Below are positions 19,616 to 29,785 of a stretch of 64,000 nucleotides of DNA, piece after piece. Position 1 is the first letter of the stretch. Every line of letters starts with the position of its first letter. This DNA is from Candidatus Saelkia tenebricola. Its GTDB lineage: Bacteria; Omnitrophota; Gorgyraeia; Kaelpiales; Kaelpiaceae. The stretch covers positions 6,142-70,141 of the forward strand of contig JAVCDA010000046.1 of NCBI GenBank assembly GCA_030765145.1, in the 5' to 3' direction. The notes below the pieces were generated by a model. That model searched no databases. It was not told the origin of the DNA and saw only the letters and a list, made by a program, of their open reading frames with translations. Made by a program: the position numbers and the translations under genes.

Positions 19616-21478
19616 ATGTGCGGTATACTGGGTGTAACGGGGCAGAATATTAAAGAAGATAAGGAGAGATTTGACGGGGCTCTTGATTTGTTATTTCATC
19701 GTGGTTCTGATGAAAAAGGAAGTTTCTACGGTGAAAATTTTATATTTGGTTCTCAACGTTTGAAAATTATAGATTTTAAGGATGGACAACAGCCTCTTTC
19801 GAACGAAAACAGGGATTTAGAAATAGTATTTAACGGTGAAATATATAATTATCTGAGATTAAGAGGTGATTTAGAAACTAAAGGATATCGTTTTAAGTCT
19901 AATACAGATACAGAAGTGATTCTACATCTTTACGAGGAAGAAGGGATAGAGTGCCTTGGGCATCTTGAAGGTATGTTTGCATTTGCAATATATGATAAAA
20001 GAAGAAAGATCTGTTTTTTAAGTAGAGATAGGTTCGGGATAAAACCGCTTTTTTATTGGACTGATAAAGAAAAACTTATTTTTTCTTCTGAAATAAAGCC
20101 TATTTTAAAAATATTGGGAAGGAAACCTGCTGTATCTATTGAAGCTTTAAATCTATATTTTTGGCTGGATTATGTTCCTTCTCCTTATACGATATATCAG
20201 GGTGTTCAGTCTCTTTTACCCAGTCATTATCTGGTTTTTTCTAATCAAGGGGTAAAGCGTAATAAATATTATAATTTGGAGATAAATGAATTTAAAAAAA
20301 CAACTATTAAAGAAGCTGTTGTTTCGGTTAGAAGTGTTTTGGGGGAGAGTGTTAAAAGGCATCTTGTTTCTGATACGGAAGTGGGATTGCTTTTAAGCGG
20401 GGGTATTGATTCCAGTATTTTAGCATATGAGATGTCGCGTAATCTTAATGAATTTAAAACATTCAATATGGGTTTTAAAAATTCCGGATATGACGAGTCT
20501 AAATATGCAGATATTGTTTCGAAGCAGTTTAATTCAGAACATAAATCAAAAGAATTTCCATCATTAGAGAGCATGCGTGATTTGGAAAAAATTGTTTCTT
20601 GTATGGAACAACCGTTTGCAGACCATTCAGTAATACCAACGTACTTAATATCTGAGTTTTCTTCTGATTATCTTAAAGTTGTTCTTGCAGGAGATGGCGG
20701 AGATGAAGTGTTTTTAGGATATCAGACTTATATCGCTCATAAATTGTTTAATTGGTTTCAATTTATACCTAGGAATCTTCGAAGAGAAATATTAAAAGCC
20801 ATACTTGTTTTCTTACCTAAATCCGATCGTTACTTCAGTCTGGATTTTTGCCTGGGAAGATTATTAAGGTCTCAAAGTAGGCAGGATATTAAAAGGCATA
20901 TTCACTGGATGGAAAGTTTTGGAGAGGAAAGAAAAGTTTTACTCGGATCGGCATATAGAAATATTGAAGAACAATATTTGAATTTTACAGAAAGTACCTT
21001 TATTACAACAGACAATCTTATGGGCCGAATTCAACAATTTGATATTTTTACATATCTTAGTAATGATATTTTATACAAGAGTGATTTTGCCGGGATGATG
21101 AATTCACAAGAGGTAAGAGTTCCTTATTTAGATCATAAAGTGGTTGAACTCGGACTTTCTTTACCGTATGAGTTTAAATTGAAAGGTTTAAGAGGAACAA
21201 AATATGTTTTAAAACGAGCATATCGAGATGTTTTGCCACGCAGTGTATTAATGAGGAAAAAAATGGGTTTTAGTTTACCTACGGCAAGCTTATTTAGAAA
21301 AGAACTAAAAAGTTTGATGCTGTCTTTTATTGAAGATAAAAATATGGGGGATTATTTAAATGTGGATTATATAAAAAAAATATTTAATGAGCATTTGCGT
21401 CATGAATCAAATAATCGTAAAATGCTTTGGAATATTTTAATATTTTTTCTTTGGTATAAAAATAATGAAACTAAATAA
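19616..21478 (+). CDS. asnB: asparagine synthetase (glutamine-hydrolysing) family amidotransferase
   Basis: 'MCGILGV' N-terminal nucleophile Cys2 and the 'SGGIDSS' PP-loop. Confidence 0.85.
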   Translation: MCGILGVTGQNIKEDKERFDGALDLLFHRGSDEKGSFYGENFIFGSQRLKIIDFKDGQQPLSNENRDLEIVFNGEIYNYLRLRGDLETKGYRFKSNTDTEVILHLYEEEGIECLGHLEGMFAFAIYDKRRKICFLSRDRFGIKPLFYWTDKEKLIFSSEIKPILKILGRKPAVSIEALNLYFWLDYVPSPYTIYQGVQSLLPSHYLVFSNQGVKRNKYYNLEINEFKKTTIKEAVVSVRSVLGESVKRHLVSDTEVGLLLSGGIDSSILAYEMSRNLNEFKTFNMGFKNSGYDESKYADIVSKQFNSEHKSKEFPSLESMRDLEKIVSCMEQPFADHSVIPTYLISEFSSDYLKVVLAGDGGDEVFLGYQTYIAHKLFNWFQFIPRNLRREILKAILVFLPKSDRYFSLDFCLGRLLRSQSRQDIKRHIHWMESFGEERKVLLGSAYRNIEEQYLNFTESTFITTDNLMGRIQQFDIFTYLSNDILYKSDFAGMMNSQEVRVPYLDHKVVELGLSLPYEFKLKGLRGTKYVLKRAYRDVLPRSVLMRKKMGFSLPTASLFRKELKSLMLSFIEDKNMGDYLNVDYIKKIFNEHLRHESNNRKMLWNILIFFLWYKNNETK

Positions 21479-23180
21479 ATATTTTCTATTATTGGTAATG
21501 TTTTTTGTGATTTATTCTATCGTGGGTAGCTTAATCATTAAAAGCGATGACCATCTTTCAACGACTGATGCTCCTAATCATGCAGTTTTTTGTCTGCGGG
21601 ACTATCAGAACACTCTAGAAGTGTTTAGAGATATAGATATTAATTTTTTGAAAAATATACAGCGTTTAAAAGATATATTTACAAAAGGAGTTATTTACTG
21701 GCCAAAGTTTGTATATTTAACATCTTTTCCTTTAATGTATTTTTCAGAATCAACGGTTGCCGCATTAAAGATTACAAATGTTTTTTATCTATTTTTATTA
21801 ATGGTTTTCAGCTACCTTTTAACTTTAAAACTGGGAGGGAAGAGGAATGAAGGAGTTTGGGTTGCATCTTTAATGCCTCTTTATCCTTTTATTTCTAAAT
21901 CTATTTCAAGTTACGGTTTGGATTTTCCTCTTACTGTGAGCGTGGTGATATTCTTATATCTGTTGTTAAAAACCGAAGGCTTTAAAAACACGTTTTATTC
22001 TTTACTTTTAGGTTTAATTTTAGGAATATCTACTCTTATTAAAGGACAGGTTCTTTTATTCGTATCAGCTCCTTTATTAGTTTATTTCATAAATTCTGTT
22101 ATCAGAGAAATCAAGGGGAGGAAGGATTTAATATCTATATTTGTGATATTTGCTAATCTAGTGATATTTGGTATATTTTCTTTTCAAATAGGTAGTTTAT
22201 GGTGGGGGGGTAAATTAGATGAAATATTGCTTTCTTTTGGAGAACATGTGGGTAGCGGAATTAAACACCTGGAAAGTTATCCTCAGGAGGCTTATGGCAG
22301 TCTGAGTTATTATTTTTTTTACTTTAAATATTTATTTTTAAAAGGTTTAGGTCCGTTACTTATGATTATTACAGGTGCGTTTTGCTTAAGATATATTTTT
22401 GTTTTTAAAGATAAGGGGAAGAGGATTTTATTAGTTTGGGTATTGGTGCCGTTTTTTATTTTTTCAGTTTTGTTAGTAGTACATCAGCTAAGATTTATAA
22501 TGCCGATTGTGCCTGCAATGGGCATAATGACTGTTTTAGGTTCCAGGTTTCGAAAAAATAGTCTAACTTTTATTCTGAGATTTATAATGCTATCTTTGGC
22601 ATGTTTCCAGTTGTTTCTGTTATTTGGCGGTATTAACAAAGGGCGTTTCCGTAGTTTGTTTAGTTTTGATGGAGATATGATATTAAATAAGGACAATCCG
22701 AATGCAAGTATAGCTGAATATTTTATAAATGAATTAAAAAATAATTTTTCAGAAGATATATATAAAGTTGTAATAATAAGATTTGCTGATATAGAAGACG
22801 GTCCTATGGGGCTGCAGTTTTGGATAGAAAATAAAGGCTACCAGCATGGAGTCAGGTTGATAACTCATGATATATTCGATCAATGGAATGCAGCATATCA
22901 ATGGTTAAGCGAAGAAGGTAAGTATATGATACTATTTATAGGAAATGAAGAATTTAATTTTGACAATAAAGATCTTTGGGATAAAAACGAGATTTTAAAA
23001 ATTGGTAAGCAATGGATGCCTAGGTTTGAAGCGTTCAAAAACTGTTCGCAGACAAAGGAATTATTAGATAGCATATTGCCTGTTGTTAAGAGTAATTCTA
23101 ATTATGTCTCAAGTTTTAGCTGCGAAGATTATTATTATTGTGAAATTTATGAATATAGCAATGTTCAACAATCTTATTGA
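21465..23180 (+). CDS. multi-pass membrane protein, GT-C fold glycosyltransferase-like (ArnT/PMT, GT39/GT83-like), with a C-terminal soluble domain
   Basis: About 11 predicted TM helices, an acidic first periplasmic loop 'SDDHLSTTDAP', and a roughly 200-aa hydrophilic C-terminus. Assignment by architecture only. Confidence 0.4.
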   Translation: MKLNKYFLLLVMFFVIYSIVGSLIIKSDDHLSTTDAPNHAVFCLRDYQNTLEVFRDIDINFLKNIQRLKDIFTKGVIYWPKFVYLTSFPLMYFSESTVAALKITNVFYLFLLMVFSYLLTLKLGGKRNEGVWVASLMPLYPFISKSISSYGLDFPLTVSVVIFLYLLLKTEGFKNTFYSLLLGLILGISTLIKGQVLLFVSAPLLVYFINSVIREIKGRKDLISIFVIFANLVIFGIFSFQIGSLWWGGKLDEILLSFGEHVGSGIKHLESYPQEAYGSLSYYFFYFKYLFLKGLGPLLMIITGAFCLRYIFVFKDKGKRILLVWVLVPFFIFSVLLVVHQLRFIMPIVPAMGIMTVLGSRFRKNSLTFILRFIMLSLACFQLFLLFGGINKGRFRSLFSFDGDMILNKDNPNASIAEYFINELKNNFSEDIYKVVIIRFADIEDGPMGLQFWIENKGYQHGVRLITHDIFDQWNAAYQWLSEEGKYMILFIGNEEFNFDNKDLWDKNEILKIGKQWMPRFEAFKNCSQTKELLDSILPVVKSNSNYVSSFSCEDYYYCEIYEYSNVQQSY

Positions 23181-26055
23181 AGCAGATTCTCATGATACTG
23201 TGCTTGTAATGATTCCTACATGGTATCCTTGGATACCTCCTATGGGGTTGGCGTATGTAGAGAGTTATTTAAATCATAAGGGGTATAATTCTCTGGTGTA
23301 TGATTTTAATGCTAAGCTTTATAACTCTGCTTGTGAAGAAGGTAAGAAGTTTTGGGATATAAGTACAATAAGCGCATTGCCTTTATCAGAAGTAGTTAGA
23401 AATATAAGTGAAAAATTTTCGGAGGAAATAGATAGGTTGGCTGGGATTTTAACAGAAAGACCGGAATCTATTATAGGTTTTTCAGTCAATTTGTTAAGTA
23501 TTCATATCGCAAGTTCTATTGCTCAAAAAATTAAGAGTAAAAATGCTAAGAAATTAATAGTTTTCGGAGGCCCTGGTTGTTTTTGGAGTTATGACAGGGA
23601 TGTGGTTCCCTTAGGGGTAGTAGATGTATTTGTAGTGGGAGAAGGGGAATTACCTTTTTATGAAGTAGTGGATAATTTTTATAAAGGGCTTGATTCATCA
23701 AACATCAAGGGTATTGTGATATATAAAGATGGGAAATTAAAAGATAATACTCCGGCTAATCCTGTTTTAGATTTAGATGAAATACCGTACCCGACATTTG
23801 AAGATTTTGATTTAGATGACTATGGTCAGGGTGAGCAGCAGGCCACATTACCGATAGGTGTAAGCAGGGGTTGCATTTCAAAATGTACTTTTTGTGTTGA
23901 TCATGTAATGTGTAATCCTTTCAGAATGAGAAGTCCTGAGCATGTAATTAAAGAGATGGAATATCATATTTCTGTTAACGGTATTAATAATTTTTCTTTT
24001 AATGATTTGCTATGTAACGGTCATCTTGGCAAGCTTGAAAAATTGTGTGACCTAATTATCAAAAGGGGTTTAAAGATTAAATGGGGTAGTTATGCTGTAG
24101 CACGAGGAGATATGCATCTAAGGCTTTTAAATAAGATGAAACAGGCGGGATGTGAGACTATTTGCTATGGGATAGAAAGCGGTTCGGATAAGATTTTAAA
24201 AATAATGAGCAAGATCTATAATTCATCCGATGCTGAAAAAGTTTTACGTCTGACGCATAAAGCGGGAATAAAAGCAACATTCAACATAATTATAGGTTAT
24301 CCTGGTGAAAGTAAAAAAGAGTTTAAGGAAACGCTTGATTTTGTTAAAAGAAATAAAAAATATATAACCAGTATAATAAATGTGTCTACGCTTTTTATAA
24401 ATCCTACAGCGTCTTTAGGAACTAATCCTGAGAAATTTAACATATATTTCCCTAAGCATCCTTCAGCATTTAGAATGGTGACATTGAAAAAACTTTTCAT
24501 TCCTCGGTACTATAAAATATTTGGAGTAAATAAACCTGTTCTAGAATTGCAAGGTATTGATTTTTCAAATTTTGTAGATAGTAATGGAAATACAAAACCT
24601 GAAAGACTAAAAAGATTAATAAAGGTTCTTAAACTTATCCATAGATTGGATTTGGTAAAATATGACCCAATTATAAACGTTTATCCTACGGAGAACAAAA
24701 GTGTTAAAAAGGCTATTAAAAATCTTAAAGAGCGCTGTAGTTTAACTTTTAAAGAAGTATCTTTAAAATGTGATTTTTTGGGTTTTGCTGCAATTTATCA
24801 TAAAAACAGGATTATAAGTTCTGGTTCCGGTTTAAATGTAGCTTTTAGAATAGGTGAAGAATGGTATGATACTTCTTGTTATTCTTGGGATATTAAGAAA
24901 ATCCGATCCAATGTTTTAAAAGTTTCTATTGCAATGGATGATATAGGAATAAAGCAGATGTGGACTTTTAAGTTTAACAAATTGGGATTGTTTTGGAAAA
25001 TAAATGGGTTTTTTAAAGAGAAAGACAACTCGCCTGATGAAATAAAATTAGGTTTACATGCTTCAACTTTATATAAATACTGGTTATCTCATCATTATGA
25101 AGGGGAATTTCCTGAACTTAATAATGAAGAATGGAGGTGTTTGCAATTTAAGCATATAAAAGAAGTTTCTGTTTTAGTTGATAAAGATGAGGATGCTGAT
25201 GTTGGTAAAATTGTGGTGAATAAAATAAAAAGCTCAGAACCTTTTTCTTTACGGTTGGAGAATCCCCTAAAACAATATAATTTTAGATTCTTAGCGTTTC
25301 AAAATTTGAGATCTAAACTTTACAGAAAAAACAATTTTAATGTTGATTTATTTATAAAATTTGAAAAAACAATTGGAAATACTAAGCTTCTTAAAAAATA
25401 TTTTATAGATAATATTAAATCCGAAAGATTGTATGTTGCTCGTAAAAACAAGGAGTTTTACATCAAAGTGCAAAGGGATGATGTTAAGTTGTATTATAAA
25501 GAAAATGAATTAACTTCTTCATATGGTGGCAATGTTTTTTTTCGTATTAATGGTGAGATTTTTGACACAACAAATGCTAAACGAGATGTTTTGGTTAAAA
25601 GTAAATTTATACAATATAAAGTGGAATGGGACAATACACCTTTAATATTACTTTGGGGTATGTGTTTAAATGAAAATAAGATGTTTTGGAATTTTGAAAT
25701 CACCTCTCAAAAAAAGTTAAAATTAGAAGAGATTCGATTTGGTATCTTTTTAAATAAGGACTATGTTAATTGGTATGCAGGTGCATTTAGAGGCATATTA
25801 CACACAATGCCGGAAAATGAAGGGCTGTTGATACCTTTAAGAAAATTTATAGGTAATAAAATATGTATAGAACCGGTTAATAAACACTTGCCGTCTGTAA
25901 CTTACTTTAAACCAAAGAAAGTTGGTTTTTTTCAAGTAGGGATTAATGATTTAAATTTGGGAGGGGGAAAATGTATCAGTACTGTCATAGAGAATATATC
26001 GCTTGATAATTGTAAACCCTTAAAATTTAGTTCCAAATTTGAATTCAAAAGATGA
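23161..26055 (+). CDS. B12-binding-domain radical SAM protein with a roughly 530-aa C-terminal extension of unknown type
   Basis: An N-terminal B12-binding-like Rossmann region, a CxxxCxxC cluster 'CISKCTFC' and the following radical-SAM core, then roughly 530 aa with no motif I recognise. The start is uncertain (ATG 23104, 23149 or 23161; the ORF opens at 23083 and overlaps the upstream gene). Confidence 0.7.
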   Translation: MFNNLIEADSHDTVLVMIPTWYPWIPPMGLAYVESYLNHKGYNSLVYDFNAKLYNSACEEGKKFWDISTISALPLSEVVRNISEKFSEEIDRLAGILTERPESIIGFSVNLLSIHIASSIAQKIKSKNAKKLIVFGGPGCFWSYDRDVVPLGVVDVFVVGEGELPFYEVVDNFYKGLDSSNIKGIVIYKDGKLKDNTPANPVLDLDEIPYPTFEDFDLDDYGQGEQQATLPIGVSRGCISKCTFCVDHVMCNPFRMRSPEHVIKEMEYHISVNGINNFSFNDLLCNGHLGKLEKLCDLIIKRGLKIKWGSYAVARGDMHLRLLNKMKQAGCETICYGIESGSDKILKIMSKIYNSSDAEKVLRLTHKAGIKATFNIIIGYPGESKKEFKETLDFVKRNKKYITSIINVSTLFINPTASLGTNPEKFNIYFPKHPSAFRMVTLKKLFIPRYYKIFGVNKPVLELQGIDFSNFVDSNGNTKPERLKRLIKVLKLIHRLDLVKYDPIINVYPTENKSVKKAIKNLKERCSLTFKEVSLKCDFLGFAAIYHKNRIISSGSGLNVAFRIGEEWYDTSCYSWDIKKIRSNVLKVSIAMDDIGIKQMWTFKFNKLGLFWKINGFFKEKDNSPDEIKLGLHASTLYKYWLSHHYEGEFPELNNEEWRCLQFKHIKEVSVLVDKDEDADVGKIVVNKIKSSEPFSLRLENPLKQYNFRFLAFQNLRSKLYRKNNFNVDLFIKFEKTIGNTKLLKKYFIDNIKSERLYVARKNKEFYIKVQRDDVKLYYKENELTSSYGGNVFFRINGEIFDTTNAKRDVLVKSKFIQYKVEWDNTPLILLWGMCLNENKMFWNFEITSQKKLKLEEIRFGIFLNKDYVNWYAGAFRGILHTMPENEGLLIPLRKFIGNKICIEPVNKHLPSVTYFKPKKVGFFQVGINDLNLGGGKCISTVIENISLDNCKPLKFSSKFEFKR

Positions 26056-27221
26056 AAAAAAGAATTTTTATTTGTTTATTATTGTTGCTTGTGTTAGTTT
26101 CAACCGCGCGATATATTCGCAGGGCTCCCAAGAGAGATTATTCTGATTTTCATGTAGTGTATTCTACGGCTCAAAGATTTATCCAGGGAGAAGAAATTTA
26201 TACATTTGAGGGGGATGTTTCTTATTATAAATATCCTCCTTTTTATGCTTTTTTAACATCTTTTCTGGCATTTTCAAGTGAATTTAAAGCAGCTGTTCTC
26301 TGGCACTTTTTAAATTGGATATTTTTATTTTTAATTTTTTTCTCTTGGTTAAATATACTTGATTCTAAGAAAAGGATTTTAATTTCAATGCTGGTTTTTA
26401 TATTCAGCTTCCGTTTTATTTTGGAAAATATGGATCAGGGGCAGGCAAATATATCATTTTTAGCGTTTAGTAGCATTGCTTTCTATTTTTATTTTAAAGG
26501 AAAACGAAATATATCTGCTTTGTTTTTAGCCGTTTCCATTCTTTCAAAATATCTTTCCATTGTATTTATACCATTTTTTATTATACGAAAAGAGTATAAA
26601 TATGCATTGAGGACTTTGGTGTTTTTAGTAATATTATATTTTTCCCCGGTTATTCTAACAGGTGTGGAAAGAATGTATCATTTGATGATGCAAAATATAC
26701 AATTTTTATTTAGCAGTTCTTTAGATAATTATTCGATTACTTGTTATCCCAATCAGTCTCTTTTAGCGGCTTTAAGAAGAATGTTTTCTTTAAATCAGTG
26801 GTATCCTACCCAGGTGTATGCTTTGTCGGATAAAACTATCTCCTTTATATTTTTTATGGCAAGTTTCATTCTGTTATTTTTAGCATATATACCAAGACGG
26901 GATATAAGGATTAATATAGGGTTGATTTCAGGCTTAATTCCGCTTTTAAATCCCAATGGCTGGAAGAATTCGTTTATTTGGCTTATTGTACCTAGTATGA
27001 TTTTATTTCAGCAGATATTTGAAAAAAGAGTAAAGAATAAATTCTTAATAACAATGGTTATCTTGTCATTTGTTTTTACCTCATGTACTAGTGAATTCTT
27101 TGTTTATTGGTGGGCGAAAGATTGGTTTGAAATTTATTCGTTTGTTACTTATGGTGCATTATTCCTATATTTTGCATTACTAAAATTTAATCTTAGCAAT
27201 AAAATCATATCTGAGAAATAG
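26052..27221 (+). CDS. DUF2029/GT87-family membrane glycosyltransferase-like protein
   Basis: N-terminal 'DF...Y...GEEIY...YKYPPFYAFL' motif typical of DUF2029 (PimE/AftC-like polyprenol-P-sugar-dependent transferases); multi-TM. Confidence 0.5.
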   Translation: MKKRIFICLLLLLVLVSTARYIRRAPKRDYSDFHVVYSTAQRFIQGEEIYTFEGDVSYYKYPPFYAFLTSFLAFSSEFKAAVLWHFLNWIFLFLIFFSWLNILDSKKRILISMLVFIFSFRFILENMDQGQANISFLAFSSIAFYFYFKGKRNISALFLAVSILSKYLSIVFIPFFIIRKEYKYALRTLVFLVILYFSPVILTGVERMYHLMMQNIQFLFSSSLDNYSITCYPNQSLLAALRRMFSLNQWYPTQVYALSDKTISFIFFMASFILLFLAYIPRRDIRINIGLISGLIPLLNPNGWKNSFIWLIVPSMILFQQIFEKRVKNKFLITMVILSFVFTSCTSEFFVYWWAKDWFEIYSFVTYGALFLYFALLKFNLSNKIISEK

Positions 27222-27329
27222 AGGTTTTCCAGAACCAGATTCATTGCATATTTTGAATTGACTTGGCTAATCTAATGGTGCATTATTAGATTATGTTGCA
27301 AAGAAGCAGCAATTTGAATTTTGGTTTTC

Positions 27330-27367
27330 AAAGCAACTCGTATTTTTCAGAGTTGCTTTTTTGTTTT
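27330..27367 (+). terminator. Rho-independent terminator (stem AAAGCAACTC / GAGTTGCTTT, 10-nt loop, T-tract)
   Basis: Perfect 10-bp inverted repeat followed by TTTTTTGTTTTT, located downstream of the glycan cluster. Confidence 0.75.
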
Positions 27368-27382
27368 TAAGGAGGATTAAAA

Positions 27383-29713
27383 ATGAGTGATGCAGGAAAA
27401 ACAAAAGCAGAGATTATAAATGAGTTGAATAGGTTGCGTCGGAAGATTGCTAGATTTAAGAGGATGGAAGTTGGTTTTAGAAAGACAGAGAAAGAGTTAA
27501 AAGAAAGCGAGAAGCAATATCGTCAATTAGCAAAAACTTCTATGGAAGCTTCTGCTATTTATGGGGAAGGTAAGATCTTAGCAGCAAACCAGAAATTTGT
27601 GCAGATGTTTGGGTATAAAAAATCAGAATTAATTGGGATGGATATTTTAAATTTGTTTGCACATGAATATCGAAATTCGGTAAAGAAAAATATTTTTTCT
27701 GAATATAAAAAGTTATATCAGGTAGTTGGTCTTAAGAAAGATGGCCCAAGTTTTATAGCCGAGATATATACATATAAAAGATGCAAAGCAAGAGTCATTG
27801 TGATTTGTGATGTCGTTGGGCAAAAGGAAAAAGGAGAAGAATTTATTGAATTTAAAACTATATCTGATGTTGCTCAATATGGTGCTGCTATTGTAGATAT
27901 TAGCGGTAAGATTGTGTATCTCAATAAATCGTTTGCTGATATGCATGGATATAAAGAGAGAGAGCTTGTCGGCAAACATTTTTCTGTGTTACATTCTAAA
28001 AATCAAATGAGACGGGTTAATGAATTGTTCACTATGATTAAAAAAAGTCAGGGGTATGCTAATGAGAAAGTGGGGCATATTAGAAAAAACGGAACTGTTT
28101 TTCTAACTTCAATGAGTGGGAGCCTTATAAAAGATGATAAAGGAATCCCGGTTTTTATGGCTGCTACAGCTGTTGATATATCAGAAGATAATAAGGTAGA
28201 GAGGGTTCTTCAGGAAGAGCGGGTACAGCTTCTTTCGATATTTGATAGCATTGATGAGGTGATTTATGTGGCAGATCCGGTTACTTACCGTATTCTTTAT
28301 ATGAACAAATATTTTGAAAATATATTGGGTAAAAATTCTGTAGGCAAATTGTGTTATCAGGAATTTCAAGGTTTAAAACAGCCGTGCAATTTTTGTACCA
28401 ATAAGATAATTTTACGGAAAAAAGATGAGCCGTATAGATGGGAATACTACAACCCTTTTTTAAACAAGCATTATGCCATAGCCGACCGTATTATAAAATG
28501 GTCTGATGGGAGAGATGTGAGATTTGAAATTGCAATGGATATAACCAATCTCAAAAAAGCAGAAGAAGAAGTGCGGAGAGAGAAAGAGTTTGCGGAAGCT
28601 CTTATTGAAACAGCACAGGTTATTGTATTGGTTTTGGATCCCAAGGGGAAAATTATCAGTTTCAATCCTTATATGGAGGAATTGTCTGGATATACGATAG
28701 ATCAGGTTCGCAATAAGAGTTGGTTTAATACGTTTTTGCCAAAACAGGATAGAGTCAAAACACGTCGATTATTCTTAAAATCAATAGACGGTATTCAGAC
28801 TAAAGGCAATATAAATGCTATTATTATTAAGGATGGTAAACGGCGGCATATAGAATGGCATGATAAAACTCTCAAAGATAAACAAGGTAAGACAATTGGT
28901 TTATTAGCTACCGGTTATGATGTTACTGAACGCAGAGAAGCAGAAAGGGTATTGATAAAATATAAGGATGGGTTGGAGCAAGCTGTTACGAGAAGGACTC
29001 AAGAATTAGTAAAAACTCAAAAAAAACTCGAAGATGCAAAACGTCTTTCTGATATCGGTATGCTTGCTGCTACGGTTGCGCACGAGTTGAACAACCCCCT
29101 AGGTGTTATAAAAACAGCGGTTTTTAATATAAGGAGAAAAGTAGAGTCTCGAGTTATAGATACTCATCTTCTAAATATAGAGAAGAAGATTTCAGAAAGC
29201 GTACGTATTATAAATAATCTTTTAAGTTATTCTCATATAAAAATTCCGCGGTATGAAAACATAGCGGTTCTTAAGATATTAGAGGAATGCCTTATTCATT
29301 GCAAGGAAAGGTATTCGAGGTTGAATTTAAAAATTAAAAAGGATTACAGTTGTAAGGAAAATAAAACTATTGAAGCAGACTCTCTTCATATGAACGAGCT
29401 TTTCTCAAATATTTTGGAAAATTCTTTTCAGTCTTTTAATAATAAAAATGGGAGGTTAAGTATAATTGTCAATTGTGATAATAAAATGAATGAATTTAAT
29501 ATGGTTGTTAAAGATAACGGAAAAGGGTTAAGTAAAAAAGATTTATCAAAAGTATTTGAACCATTTTTCACAAATAAAGCAAAAGGGATAGGTTTAGGTC
29601 TTACGGTGTGTAAAGAGGTTGTAGCCCTTCATAAAGGAACAATAAGTATCTCAAGTAAAGAAGGAGTAGGTACAACTGTTTTTGTAAGTTTGCCGATTAG
29701 TAAAAAGAGTTGA
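27383..29713 (+). CDS. multi-PAS sensor histidine kinase
   Basis: Several PAS-like repeats, a HisKA H-box 'AHELNNPL', and HATPase_c G-boxes 'KDNGKGL' and 'GIGLGL'. No response regulator is adjacent. Confidence 0.85.
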   Translation: MSDAGKTKAEIINELNRLRRKIARFKRMEVGFRKTEKELKESEKQYRQLAKTSMEASAIYGEGKILAANQKFVQMFGYKKSELIGMDILNLFAHEYRNSVKKNIFSEYKKLYQVVGLKKDGPSFIAEIYTYKRCKARVIVICDVVGQKEKGEEFIEFKTISDVAQYGAAIVDISGKIVYLNKSFADMHGYKERELVGKHFSVLHSKNQMRRVNELFTMIKKSQGYANEKVGHIRKNGTVFLTSMSGSLIKDDKGIPVFMAATAVDISEDNKVERVLQEERVQLLSIFDSIDEVIYVADPVTYRILYMNKYFENILGKNSVGKLCYQEFQGLKQPCNFCTNKIILRKKDEPYRWEYYNPFLNKHYAIADRIIKWSDGRDVRFEIAMDITNLKKAEEEVRREKEFAEALIETAQVIVLVLDPKGKIISFNPYMEELSGYTIDQVRNKSWFNTFLPKQDRVKTRRLFLKSIDGIQTKGNINAIIIKDGKRRHIEWHDKTLKDKQGKTIGLLATGYDVTERREAERVLIKYKDGLEQAVTRRTQELVKTQKKLEDAKRLSDIGMLAATVAHELNNPLGVIKTAVFNIRRKVESRVIDTHLLNIEKKISESVRIINNLLSYSHIKIPRYENIAVLKILEECLIHCKERYSRLNLKIKKDYSCKENKTIEADSLHMNELFSNILENSFQSFNNKNGRLSIIVNCDNKMNEFNMVVKDNGKGLSKKDLSKVFEPFFTNKAKGIGLGLTVCKEVVALHKGTISISSKEGVGTTVFVSLPISKKS

Positions 29714-29727
29714 TAAAAGGTTTTATA

Positions 29728-29758
29728 AATCTGAATTATTAATCAGATTGAATTTTTC
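29728..29758 (+). terminator. candidate intrinsic terminator after the histidine kinase (AATCTGA / TCAGATT stem, T-run)
   Basis: 7-bp inverted repeat with an 8-nt loop followed by ATTTTT. The stem is AT-rich, so the call is weak. Confidence 0.3.
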
Positions 29759-29785
29759 TCATATCTATGTTATTAAATTAACCAT

